Assembly: GCA_964016885.1 (NCBI GenBank)
Contig: OZ024754.1
Coordinates: forward strand, 13,144,001-13,208,000
Direction of reading: 5' to 3'
Source: Eledone cirrhosa
Lineage: Eukaryota
Length of the DNA stretch: 64,000 nucleotides
Part shown: positions 1 through 14,163 of the stretch, one piece after another
Numbering within the stretch: the first letter of the stretch is position 1
Layout of the letters: every line of letters starts with the position of its first letter
The notes under the pieces: generated by a model
What the model saw: only the letters and a program-made list of their open reading frames with translations
Told to the model about the DNA's origin: nothing
The model's database searches: none
Position numbers and translations under genes: made by a program

Positions 1-14
1 ATATATATATATAT

Positions 15-290
15 AGAAGTGGTTACACAACAGTTAGTTCACCATACCGAGAACAATTGTTTCACCTTGGCGGATGCCCAGCTCGGAATGGGCATGGTTA
101 TAGGAACAGGAAGGAGAACCGTACGAACACGCATGCGCAGAAACCCGCTCACTTCACACAGGCAATACTAGAATGCGTGCGAGAGGTGTAAGGGAGAAAA
201 CTGCGAAAGTCCGAAAAGTTTCTAGTTGAAAATAAAATTACAAATAACATATTGCTTTATACTCCAATACAAAGTTCTATGCAAACTACA
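15..290 (-). mobile_element. PLE terminal-repeat fragment (family D) in a (TA)n tract, with a decayed hammerhead at 47-86
   Basis: Same sequence as 18120-18275 and 48449-48590. Minus strand reads CCGAG-CTGGGCA(core mutated)-TCCGCCAAGGT-GAAACAATTGT-T-CTCGG. Confidence 0.65.
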
Positions 291-379
291 ACACACACAC
301 GTGTGTGCATATGTATATAATATATATATATATTTATTTATTTATATATATATATGTGTGTGTGTGTATATGTATTTTA

Positions 380-443
380 GGTATCTAGTCTTTAATGCGC
401 CGAAATACCAACGATAATCAGCAGACTACTAATGAGGACATTT
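380..443 (+). ncRNA. Candidate non-circularly permuted hammerhead ribozyme (core mutated to CUAAUGA in this copy)
   Basis: GGTAT-C-TAGTCT / AATGCGCC-GAAATACC / AGACTA-CTAATGA-GGACATT; stems I, II and III can all pair. Confidence 0.5.
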
Positions 444-920
444 TATCTCTTGGTCTATTTTTATTCATATGTCCATGTTCGCAATAAGGCAGCACGCCAT
501 TCTTCATTCACATATTTTTTCCCTTCGCTGTGGTTCATATTTTTTCTGTCACCTTACTGCTATCACCTTTTCTCTCTCCTTCACCTGTTGACTTCCTCAA
601 CTCCCGCTGCTGGTCTGGTCACTCACTCTCGGCTGGCCCCTTCCTCACACTTTCACTCATCCCTTCTCTGCTTCTCCCCCTCTCTCTCACTTCCTCCCGT
701 CTGACCTGCTTGAATTTCTTTCCTCTATCAATCTTCTCGCGGCTCGGGCGTATCTATTTCTCCTCGTCAATTTGATTTGTCAGACTTAAGCCCACAGGAT
801 TCATTGACTTGTCTCTATTTTCCTCTCTTTGCTTTGCATTACTACCACGTGTTTGTTTCCTTCCCTCTGTGTTCCCACTGTCCCGATAACTTAATTGAGT
901 TATCGCTCGCACTGATTTTA

Positions 921-984
921 GGTATCTAGTCTTTAATGCGTCGAAATACCAACGATAATCAGCAGACTACTGATGAGGACATTT
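921..984 (+). ncRNA. Candidate non-circularly permuted hammerhead ribozyme (intact core)
   Basis: GGTAT-C(926)-TAGTCT, then AATGCGTC-GAAATACC, then AGACTA-CTGATGA(970-976)-GGACATT. Stem I 6 bp, stem III 5 bp, stem II GG-A-CATT/AATG-CG-TC. Confidence 0.6.
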
Positions 985-1004
985 TATCTCTTGGTCTATT
1001 TTTA

Positions 1005-1080
<76 letters not shown>

Positions 1081-1097
1081 TTATATTTATATATATA

Positions 1098-1144
<47 letters not shown>

Positions 1145-1466
1145 CGGTGGGGAGCAGACAGAGAAAATTTACATACGCAAACATCCACACGAAATAGATT
1201 TCGAAAGAAAATATTTCATCCAGTTGTACATAAATTAGCGAATGTTGGGGAAAAAATGAAAGTTCTTTCAAAGACGACATTCTATAGAATTACGTTAATC
1301 CAAGAGAAAAAAGAACATTAATTAAAGTCAACACTATCAGATCTATAATAAGTAGCAACATGTACTATCACGACTAATTTACATTTTTTCCTGATTTAAT
1401 TAGCTTTTAATTTCTCTGAACTCTCATTCACTCTCATTCTCTCTTGATTCCCCTTCTCTCTCTCTC

Positions 1467-1525
<59 letters not shown>

Positions 1526-1644
1526 CTTATATCTTAGATACACAGAAAGAATTATATATTTATATATATATTCTATATAGCTGAGATTAATCTCTGTTGC
1601 TACTCGGAGTTTCGCGCATGACCGCTGATCACGCACCTGTTGTT

Positions 1645-1862
1645 AAGAGATGTCAACATGAATGGACTCGTTATTTTTATCTGAAGATATTTTTTTCCAA
1701 TTCCATCCCGCCCGTCCCCTCAATCTATTTTATTTCTCATTCTTTCTTCTGATGAAGGACAAGCGTCCGAAACGTTAAGATCCTCTTCCTGCTATATCAA
1801 GCGTTAACCTAATATATACCTTCAATATACTGTACCGATTGTATTGTTATTTGTTTACTTGC
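1645..1862 (+). mobile_element. PLE 3'-end/pLTR fragment carrying a minimal hammerhead
   Basis: Reverse-complement copy at ~53310-53527; contains the HHR at 1745-1780. Confidence 0.65.
1745..1780 (+). ncRNA. Minimal type I hammerhead ribozyme (PLE type)
   Basis: TCTT-CTGATGA-A-GGAC(AAGC)GTCC-GAAACGT-T-AAGA: stem I TCTT/AAGA, stem II GGAC/GTCC, palindromic ACGT stem III. Confidence 0.75.
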
Positions 1863-2343
1863 GATAGAACGAGAAGGATTGCTACCCGTTGACGAAATTC
1901 TGTGTTGATCCTGGCTGCATCCATTCCTTTCAGACAACTCTGGATTTAATTCATGGCTTCTGTGCACTTCGGTGCAATTATTGCACCACAGTGCACAGGA
2001 CACGGAGTAGAAACCAACGATTTCATTTCGTCCGGGCTAAATTGTTTACACGTGCACATAGTCCTGAACTTACCACTAACAACTAAATATGTACGCTCTG
2101 AATCATGGACTGGCGCTTTGGAAGTGCAAGTCACATGACTTCATTGAGCGAGTGGGAAGGTTCAATGTACCAGCACAAACTCGCTTTGTCTAGTCCGATA
2201 CACTTTATATATATTCTGCTTCGTAACAGATATATCTCTAATCGTAAGTTGAATTCTTTCTGTATTTCTTATATATTCTATATATTCATGTATATTTAAT
2301 GTATTTTTAATATTAATTCAACGGATCACGCATTTAAGACTGT

Positions 2344-2765
<422 letters not shown>

Positions 2766-4126
2766 TTATATTCTAATTTTCAAGAATATAAGAAACGTGC
2801 TGTGAGTACATCAATTAAATGCACTTATTTCCATTCTAGTGATTTCTATTGTTTGACTTCTATCCGGGCACATATCCTTCCCTCAGCCACCCCTACCTTC
2901 ACCCCACCCACCCCTGCCTTCACCCCCACCCACCCAGCTATTTACACATTCACAACTGTTCTCCATACCACATTCTCTTAATGTATTTAATCCCACATGG
3001 AGCTTAGCTCCATCTATTCTGCCCGCTTGTAATCCTATCCTAATATAAACACATTTGCAAATTACTTGCCGGGCTTTCTCCGTGGTCTTTTACTCTAGGG
3101 CTTAATGGTGGTACTGTTGTTGTTGTGGTTGTTGTTGTTGTTGTTGACGACGACGATGATGATGATGAGGAGGAGGAGAAGGAGGAGGAGGGGGTGTGAG
3201 GTAGTGGACTAGGATGTGGAAGAAGAGGAGAAGGAAGTGGATGAAGAGGTGGGGTAGATGAAGAAAAATGAGGGAGAGGGGGTGGGGGGGGGGGGTAATT
3301 GTGATGGTAGCGGTGGTGGCGACGACGATGATTATGGTGAAAAATAAAAGAAGAAGAAGAAGAAGAAGAAGAAGAAAGTGGAGGCAATGATGATAGTATT
3401 CCTCATGAAGATGACCAACACAAGATTCCTTATAATACATGTGATGTATTATGTAGGTGTGTAATGATTCGTTAAGCTACTGTTGAAAGTTATCTGCTTA
3501 GCTACTGGTATCAGCGGGTGGTGATAGCGAGTTACTAAATGAACCTCTGTCATTTAGTCAGATGACCTTCTTTAGATAGCGTCAACAGCAACTGGGGCTA
3601 TTTTTGTGGGTCAGCAGATGTTACTGAGTTAAACTTTATCTCATGCCCCAGAAATCTCATCAAGCCAATACTTATTCACGCTTTCCTTGGCGCTAAGCGA
3701 CTGAGAGTACAAGACTTTCCCTGGATAGAACACCAGTCTATTGCAGGTTTAACTCCCCAGCTACTGTTGGTATTCATCTCAGCTGAGATGAATACCAACA
3801 ATCTGAAATAAAGTGTTTCGCTCAAGATCCCAACGCGGGAATCAAACCAACGACATTATGATCGCACGTGAAACATCCAACGGGCTTTCATACAGATTCT
3901 ATCTACCGAATTTCACTCACAAAGCTTGAGTCAACCTAAGACTTTGAGAAAGTCTTGGCTTCGATGACTTACACAGGAGTTGAAGCCGGAACATTAATAT
4001 TGTGAAGTGAATTTTGAGACGCTTCACAGCCATGCCGCCATGTTGTATTGAGATAGGCAAGAAACATTTTTAAATGGACCAGTATCCTGAATTTTTTCCA
4101 GTATTTCACACACAGACACACACACA

Positions 4127-4212
<86 letters not shown>

Positions 4213-4220
4213 AAACTATA

Positions 4221-4264
<44 letters not shown>

Positions 4265-4318
4265 ATATACATATATATACACATAAACTATATATACAAG
4301 TACATACACACACACACT

Positions 4319-4380
<62 letters not shown>

Positions 4381-4436
4381 TATATAAGTAGTGTCAGAAA
4401 TAAGAGTGAGAAATGAAATTTCGTTTCATTTTTTCC

Positions 4437-4469
<33 letters not shown>

Positions 4470-5994
4470 AAATCAACACTTGCAAGCACGTATATTCAGT
4501 CAGTCAGTCATTAAACAACATCTCACTTTCTGTAATTCCAGTAAATTGCTTTGAACGTAATTCTTTTTGGTAATATTGATGTACAGTTGAATTTAAGTCG
4601 ATATAAAACCTTACGAGAATTTGACATTTAAGTTACTGATTTATGGTCAATACTTGGAATTTTACACGTCTGATATCACTTATATGGTTTTATATAGATA
4701 TATGCAGAATAATGTGCAAAGATTTTGTTTGATCTGTTATATATCATGTGATAAGCAACACGAAATGCTGTTTGTTTTCTTTTTTGGTATAATAACCATA
4801 TCCTAAAAGTATCTCCGTATTAGACGATTATAACCAAATCACTCGTTATCCTAATGGTATAAAAATTGTATACGAGATGAGCATTTCTGTCATAATATAT
4901 TCAAGGTTTTTATGTCACTACACAGGTTTGGTATCAAACTTTTATTTTAAATGGTCTCTACTACTATAAATAAAGACATTACGGGTTTAAATTATTGAGA
5001 ACCATTTTTATGGTTTACCATGTTGAAATTGTTATTGTAGTTGTAGTACTTGGAGTCGTGACTATATAATCCGTTTTATCCATTTTTATTAGACCGCCAG
5101 GACATATGCAATGAAATGGAGTGAGAGGGGTTGGTGTGATTAATTGTTTGTGTAATTCGATATGTATGTATACAACTACGTAACTACGTATTGGTGCATG
5201 TATCTAGTATAGTCTCGTTACTCCTGGGAGGTTGTAGGGGCGCCATATTGACTTGCGCTGTTTCTTATGACATTTTAAAACCTGACGTTGCTCATCTCCT
5301 CTCTAAGTCTGAATAAAGCAGACTTCTTCTAGAGAAGGAGAGAGAGTGAGAGAATGGTAGTGAGAAAGAGATGTAAAAGAGGAATCGACCCCAGTATTAG
5401 ACTGGTTCTTTTCTATTGACCTCGAATGGATCAAAAGTAAGCTTAACCTCGGCGGGATTATCTAAATAATCGATTATCGATTAACGACTATCGATTTTGG
5501 TCACGCTACGGAAGACGCGAAACTAGTCATCAGAAGAATCGTCTTTGGATGAGTTCTAATAAAGTACAAAATACCTTTATATCTGTCGGGATCTGAGAGT
5601 CAACCAAAACTATAGACTGCATGGTGTGAAGAATGTTTTAACTGTGGCGGCAGATACAAATAGGACTGGACGTCGTATCTTCAAGAAAGGTGCGAAGTAT
5701 TAGTCACAGTATAAGCAGCTCAACAAATTAAGAATTTGGAGTAGTTATATAGTAATTGAAGGTATCATAACATATATAATATGTATGAAGATTATGTTTC
5801 CCAGGAGAAAAGATTAATGGACGTTTTCTATATATAAGGGTGTCCATTATTTACCAGTTTTGCCCGATGAATTAATTAATTAAATAAATAAATAATCAAA
5901 TCAATTAGTTATATCTTAATAAAATTATAAGTGGGAAAAGCAAATAAGATAAAAAGTTTCTTAATTTTACTTCCATGTCCCGACTGCTGTTTCG

Positions 5995-6115
<121 letters not shown>

Positions 6116-6339
6116 CTCCTTCTCTCTTCCCTTCTTCAATACCCTTTTCAGTTCCTCTTACTCCAAGGAGTAGCTGTACTATGTTTCTTTCTACTCTCAC
6201 TTCTCCTCTCACTGAACACCTGTGTATTGTTAGACTGGCATCGTCTGCTTAATTGAATAAAATGTAATCACTGAAGCATACGACACGCTAATTTGGCGGT
6301 TTAAAGGCGGTCGGTACTTCAGCCCAGCCTCGTAATGAT

Positions 6340-6830
6340 CTTGTGGTTGCTGTTGCGGAAGTGATGACGGTGGTTGGAGTGGTATTGTTGGTGCTGGTGG
6401 TAGTGATGGTTATGGTGGTGGTGGTGGTTATGGAATGAGAGATTGTGGTGGTCGTAGTGGAGATGGTGGTGGTGGTGGTGGTTGTAGTGGTGGTGATGGT
6501 GGTGGTTATGGAATGAGAGATTGTGGTGGTCGTAGTGGAGATGGTGGTGGTGGTGGTTATGGTTGTTGTTGTTGCGGAAGTGATGACGATGGTTGGAATC
6601 GTATTGTTGATGCTGGTGGTGGTGGTGGTGGTAGTGATAGTGATGATGTTGGTAGTCCGTGGTAGCAGTGGTTGTCATTGTGCTAGCGGCAGCCAAGCTG
6701 ATGCTGATGATGGTGGTGGTGGTGGTGGTGGCGGTGGTGGTGGTGTTGATAGTGATGGTGATGGTGGTGGTAGTGGTGGTGGTGGTGGTGGTAGTGGTCG
6801 TGGTGGTGGTGGTGGTGGTGGGTGGTAGTG
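6340..6830. repeat. (GGT)n-derived trinucleotide low-complexity tract
   Basis: GGT/GAT/GTT runs with an internal duplicated block. Confidence 0.9.
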
Positions 6831-8029
6831 TTAGTATGAAAGTGTTTCAATGACAGAGCATACATGAAGGGCAATCTGTGAGAATGCTTGTATGGACCAG
6901 TAACTCCTTATAGAATCGTATCGGCGCCATTGTGACACGGCGTATGATGGGTATTTTAAACCTGGCAGAGTTTACCCTTCTTCAGGTCTGATCACAGACG
7001 ATTCTTTCCAGAGATTGGAAGAGAGAACAAGAGAGGAAATGACAAAGAGAAATAAAGGAAGAATCGACTCCAAAACACATTAAACAGACCCCTTAATTTC
7101 AAGAAGTCTTTGGACAAATTAATTCCTTCAAGAAATCCCGGATAAAGCTCCTGCACCCGGATTTGTTTCCGTAACCAATAACCTTCTACTTGAGTGGGCA
7201 ATGGTGTCCAAATGCTGATTTGAAGAACTTCGCCAGGTGCTGATTTTAAGTTAGGCTTGGCCTGGAACAATACTGGCCGAAACCTATCAAAGTTATCAAA
7301 GTTAATACTGGAATGGTACTTTTGTATCGATCTCGAATGAATGAAAGGCAAAATTGACTTCGATAAGATTTGAACACAGAACGCAGAGAGCCGAAACAAA
7401 TAACGCAAGATATTCTATCCGACGATTTAATGTTAATTAGCCACCTGAAGGGCAATTTGAATTTGACCAAACACCAGTCTAGAGTTAACTCAAATCAATA
7501 AATAAATATTTCAAATGATGCTGTTCTAATCACAAATGATACAAGAACTAGTTTGTAGGAAAATAAAAATAACAGCCTTCTACATGCAGCAAGAATATAA
7601 CTGATGGTTAGTTAACAACTATCTGAGGGTAAAGTGGGTATATTTTAATCGACTGTGGACATGTGTTGACTGAACCAAACTGACGTTTAACCATGTCCAT
7701 ACAGCTCCTCCAATGACATCATATATCACCGTAGCACAGAAAGACCGCCTATAGATTATTTGTTTGGATCCTCGCTAATAAAAGAATCGTCCACATAAGA
7801 TGACTTAGCAATTTACAATGAACAGAAACGTATTCAGCATTGTCTGAACAAAATTTAGCTGAATAAGATTAAACTGAATAAGATTTAGCTGAATGTGAAG
7901 TGGACTCCATAAGATGTATCACTTTTATCAATAATTGCCTAGGATTGTGGGGAATTCTGTATTAGATTGATGCACCGTTTCCAAATGTTTACCTGTCACG
8001 TTTTGTTTTATATTGTGTGATACGACGCA

Positions 8030-8830
8030 CAGAATATACGAACAGGTTATAAGAAGAAGAAAAAAAGCTCATTAAACAGAACAGACAGATTGTGTAGAAT
8101 CATAAACTAAGACTAATAATATATTACTAAACCTTTAAAATGAAAACACCTTCTTGGCAATAAAATTCCACTAGCGTGCAATGCCGCGAACAAGCTATTA
8201 ATGACCAATGTGACTTACAAATTTGATTGTATAGAAGAAAGTTGTAAACTTCACGATTCAAACTGTTATATTGGCCACACAAGTACAATATTCTTTTATC
8301 ATCTACAGTTGTATTTACAAGGAGAAATTACAGTCTAATACATCACGCACCACAAAACAAAATCTGATAAAACGCAGAATTCTTATGCAGAATTACACCC
8401 AAAACTTTCAGATTAATAATGGAAGCGATACTAATAGCATATCAAAATGCTAATATAAAATACAGATAAAGTATACCAGTCATTATCAAAAACCACTGAG
8501 ACTGTTTAAGAAACGACAATAACAAACGACAAAAAGAAAAAAAAAAGATATTGTAATTTCAACGCTAACAAATACACATCTTGTTCGTTCATATGATCAG
8601 ATCTTGAAGTAGAAATACTTGATATAAAAAATTCGAAACACTCCTATCGACAGTTTTTCAACAGATGGTTAAATGCTTTTTTGAATCTACCTCTGCTCAC
8701 TCTCCTCTATCTTTCTATTTTTTCTATAATATCTCAGGCTATTTTCTGATGATAGACTAGCATCCGAAACGCTAGAGCTTTTCCTTCTATATTAATCGTG
8801 AAATTAATATATATCTACATTGAACTTCAG
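8030..8830 (+). pseudogene. Decayed PLE 3' part: GIY-YIG endonuclease remnant followed by a degenerate hammerhead (8746-8777)
   Basis: From 8201: MTNVTYKFDCIEESCKLHDSNCYIGHTST (VxY...C...YIG motif), preceded by KLRLIIYY. Downstream CTGATGA-TAGACTAGCATCC-GAAACGCT resembles the 1745 HHR. Confidence 0.7.
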
Positions 8831-8888
8831 CGTCTGTTGCATTATTTCTATTTACTTATCTCTCACTCCCTCTTTTGTCTGTTTCTCT

Positions 8889-8971
<83 letters not shown>

Positions 8972-9039
8972 TATATATATATATATATTCACACTCACAC
9001 ATATATATATAAATATATATATATGTGTGTGTGTGTAAT

Positions 9040-9137
<98 letters not shown>

Positions 9138-9153
9138 GTGTACACACACACAC

Positions 9154-9196
<43 letters not shown>

Positions 9197-9273
9197 TATA
9201 TACAGACACATACATTTATATTTATATATATAATATATATATATACTGTTTATATATATATATATATATATAT

Positions 9274-9321
<48 letters not shown>

Positions 9322-9361
9322 GGGGTGACGAAGAGAGATACAGAGGTAGAAAGAAAAATAA

Positions 9362-9465
<104 letters not shown>

Positions 9466-9789
9466 TTGTGTGTGTGTGTGTGTAGATTGTTATATAGATA
9501 GGTTCAAACATAGACAGATTTCCTCACATAGGTCTATTTATATATGTACATATATTTCTACTAGAATACATGATGACTGCTTCTGTGTAAACTCTGAATA
9601 ACAACATTCGTTATTATTTATTAGGTTTTCTTAAAGAAAAATGGTGTATTTTTCATCTTTGTGCATAAATATGTGTGCACGAGTGTAATGTGTGCATATG
9701 TGTGCACACGTGTGTGTGCGTCTCTGTCCATATGTGTGTGTGGGGGTATGCAAATACGTATATGTACACACATACATCTTATATATTAT

Positions 9790-10834
<1,045 letters not shown>

Positions 10835-11915
10835 AGAAAAGTTATCGAAAGAGATGGTCTGTGTGTGGGAGGTCTGAGTAAGGTGGGGATGAATCGTATG
10901 AAGAGACGATGTGAATGATTGAATAACTAGAATTGACTAAGAAAAGAAATAAAAATAAAAATAAAAATAAAAATAAAAATAAAAATAAAAATAAAAATAA
11001 AATTGTGCTTGCGTATGTTTATGTTATGTTTTCCATATTGTATTTATGTGTGTAAATACGTGATGCGTTGATGCGTGTGTTTTACCATATCCCTAAAGCT
11101 TCACAGTATCCAGCCAACACCCGCCAGCTTCACGGCTACAATGTCGAAACTATCTCCGTTCGGTTTACTCCCTTGATAACTGGAAGCATAAATCTTTTGT
11201 TAAGCAACATTTCTGCCATTCACACTCAGCTAAAAAAAAAAAAAAAAATTAGATCTTTCTAATTGTGAAAGAAGCATCTCTCCTGCAGTTGCACCAACTA
11301 CTTGTATTTTATTTCTCCAAGTGTCCTCAGTTCTGCGAGATTATTAAATTTCCGCTCAATATTCTTATTGAGCAACAGATATGAAGAAAACAATGGAAAA
11401 AAAGAGAAAGAGATATATATATAAAAAAGGTAAAAAAAAAAGTAAAAAAAGAAACAAGCAAATAAATAAAAAACGTTATAAAAGGTAAAAAAAAAAAGTA
11501 AAAAAAGAAACAAACAAATATATAAAAAAGGTTAAAAAAGGTAAAAATATAAATAAAAATAAACATAATAATATAAAAGTATCATATAAGCCACATTGAA
11601 GAAAAGTAAGAAAACAACAACAACAAGAATAACAATAACAATTAAAGCTATTTGATATGACTGCTCCATGAGTCTATCTCATTTCTTATAACGTCGCAGA
11701 TATCACACAGACCAATTGTTTCGAAAGGAAATTTCTTTTCTAAAGGAACTTCAGAAGGTTTCATATTGAATATCATTATATCTATGGTTCCTGGCTGGTC
11801 TCTCACGCTTCCCCTTCTATCATATTGCTCTTCTCGTTCTTCATTATAAATCTCTCTCTCTCTCTCACACTTTCTCTCTCACACACTTTCTCTCCACCCT
11901 CTTTCTATACACACG

Positions 11916-11981
<66 letters not shown>

Positions 11982-12043
11982 TATATGTATATAAATATAT
12001 ATGTGTATATATATATATAAATATATATATATAAATATATATG

Positions 12044-12114
<71 letters not shown>

Positions 12115-12167
12115 CTTACATATATGACTAATCTATGTAGTCCTCTCACTCTTTTCCGAACACACAA

Positions 12168-12285
12168 CCCTCTCACCATTTCGCCGTCTCACCATTTCAC
12201 CCTCTTACCATTTCACCCTCTCACCATTTCACCCTCTCACCATTTCACCCTCTCACCATTTTACCCTCTCACCATCCCACCTTTC
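12168..12285. repeat. 16-bp tandem repeat (CCATTTCACCCTCTCA)
   Basis: About 6-7 imperfect copies. Confidence 0.85.
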
Positions 12286-13063
12286 CATCTTTATTTCATC
12301 AAGGGAAATATCTTATATTCTTTGATGATCTCGTAGTTGGCTTTCGATAAATTTTTCAATAGGGGGAGTGTTTAGCTGTATTGTACAATAGTTAGCTTTA
12401 TTTAGACTTGCTGCCGTCAAGACGCCAACTCCTATAAATGATTTCAAATAGATCAACGGTATTGTATATGGATATTAAGAATGAAATCAAGGACGTGTGT
12501 GTAAGTATAACAAATATACCATTTAGTGTCGGTGTTCGTTCAAAATCCGCAAAGTAGTATTGGATCTGAGTCAATGTATTGTTTATTGTTTCTTTCTTTT
12601 GTATGCAACTTATTCCAAAAATAATCAAATTGAGTCATTCCTCTGATGCCACAGTCAGCATCTACTGGAATGATAGATCAGTGAAGATAATGTGCAATTA
12701 GATTATATTAATGCCGAGTTATGCATGACGTTGTGGTTGTGTCGTTTCTTTCATAACTGCATCATTTCGTGGCATCTTCGGTAAATAGGGTTTGCTACCA
12801 TAGCCCCCGTGTTGTACAATATCTTACACGGGAATTTTGACACAAGGAAATTAGCTAAAGCCCATATATATATATATATAAATAAATACAATATCGGAGA
12901 AAGCTTTTTAGCGATACTCCGGCCAAATTCCAACTCACTCAACAAACATTAGCAAATAAGTGATTATATTCCCAATTATGCCTTCGGGGTGCTAACTAAA
13001 AGTATTGCGTAGAAAATTGGCTGTATTATTTCATATGAGACATATCTAATATATCTCTTCTAT

Positions 13064-13097
<34 letters not shown>

Positions 13098-13099
<2 letters not shown>

Positions 13100-13297
13100 C
13101 GAAGGAAAAGTGGTAAGTAACCAGGTGGACCATAACGCACCAAAGTACTCAATACTTAGGGTAGTAGAGTGGGTAATAGGAGTAAGTAAGACCCCGACGG
13201 CTGAGCTCAAGCCGTTTCGACGGCTAATTCTGTACTGAAATTACAGAATTAGCCGTCGAAACGGCTTGAGCTCAGCCGTCGGGGTCTTACTTACTCC

Positions 13298-13299
<2 letters not shown>
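13098..13299 (-). mobile_element. Fold-back PLE-end insert, family A
   Basis: Long arm plus short inverted arm, apex ~13235-13241, (TA)n on both sides. Carries the HHR 3' half CCGTC-GAAACGGCT-TGAGCTC-AGCCGT-C-GGGGTC. Confidence 0.8.
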
Positions 13300-13330
<31 letters not shown>

Positions 13331-13332
<2 letters not shown>

Positions 13333-13573
13333 ACTAGAAATTGATTGACATATATATATATATTTAAAATAAACACATTAAACAATCACAGGGGATAAAT
13401 TGTCCCCTGTGATTGTTTCATGTGTTTATTTTAAATATATATATATGTCAATCAATTTCTAGTTGATATAAAATGCTCGGATCTATTCATTGGAATCTTT
13501 GAACTTATTCTACGGTGGATATGGCGCATGTCTCGGACATGACTCCCTTAATTTAATTAAATTTAATTAATTT

Positions 13574-13575
<2 letters not shown>
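13331..13575 (+). mobile_element. Fold-back insert (arms 13331-13395 / 13403-13465 plus unique tail)
   Basis: Near-perfect inverted repeat with 7-nt loop, between (TA)n tracts. Confidence 0.7.
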
Positions 13576-13624
<49 letters not shown>

Positions 13625-13628
<4 letters not shown>

Positions 13629-13713
13629 AAATGGCGTGCTGCGTGGTTGCAAATGGGTTATATATGAATAAAATTAGTTCTTCATCAGTGATCTTCCGTT
13701 CATCGCTTTAAAG

Positions 13714-13717
<4 letters not shown>
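13625..13717 (-). mobile_element. Diverged fragment related to the 375-1008 element, with permuted-HHR remnants
   Basis: Minus strand: TGATCTT-TAAAGCGAT-GAACGG-AAGATCA-CTGATGA-AGAAC...TTTTATTCATAT...GCAGCACGCCATT, the latter matching 457-502. Confidence 0.6.
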
Positions 13718-13780
<63 letters not shown>

Positions 13781-13817
13781 GTATATATATACGTATATAT
13801 ATATATATATATATATA

Positions 13818-14075
13818 GGAAAAGTATGACCCCGACGGTAGAGCTCAAGCCGTTTCGACGGCTATTTCTGGACTAGATTTTAGAGGCTCCTGATGAGGCG
13901 GAGGGGATATTCACTTCAGTTTGGAGCCTTTAAAATCTAGTCCAGAAATAGCCGTCAAAACGGCTTGAGCTCTACCGTCGGGGTCATACTTTTTCCTATT
14001 TCCCACTCTACTATCCTAAGTATTGAGTACTCTGGTGCGTTATGGTCCATCTGGTTCCTTACCACAATTCCTTTG

Positions 14076-14078
<3 letters not shown>
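13818..14078 (+). mobile_element. Fold-back PLE-end insert, family A, retaining the CTGATGA core (13890-13896) in its loop
   Basis: Arms 13818-13890 / 13923-13998. CTGATGA-GGCGG...CCGTC-(G/A)AAACGG...CCGT-C gives the family's HHR with a long stem II insertion. Confidence 0.8.

Positions 14079-14163
<85 letters not shown>

Larger units (their letters stand above)
375..1008 (+). mobile_element. Non-coding retrozyme-like/PLE-derived element with ~95-bp direct terminal repeats (unit 541 nt)
   Basis: 375-470 is repeated at 916-1008. Flanked by (TG)/(TA) microsatellites, pyrimidine-rich interior, diverged second copy at 35117-35672. Confidence 0.75.

Noticed and set aside
1865-2200. Normal-complexity segment with a small hairpin (GTGCAC..GGTGCAAT/ATTGCACC..GTGCAC) and short ORFs
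   Set aside because: No recognisable protein or RNA family and no second copy in the window.
5460-5545. GAAACTAGTC palindrome on plus and CTGATGA on minus
   Set aside because: Neither strand gives a full set of core plus stems I-III; at most a highly decayed HHR.
11705-11760. Minus-strand CTGAAG...GAAACAATTGG
   Set aside because: Core and stem I do not fit; too degenerate to call.
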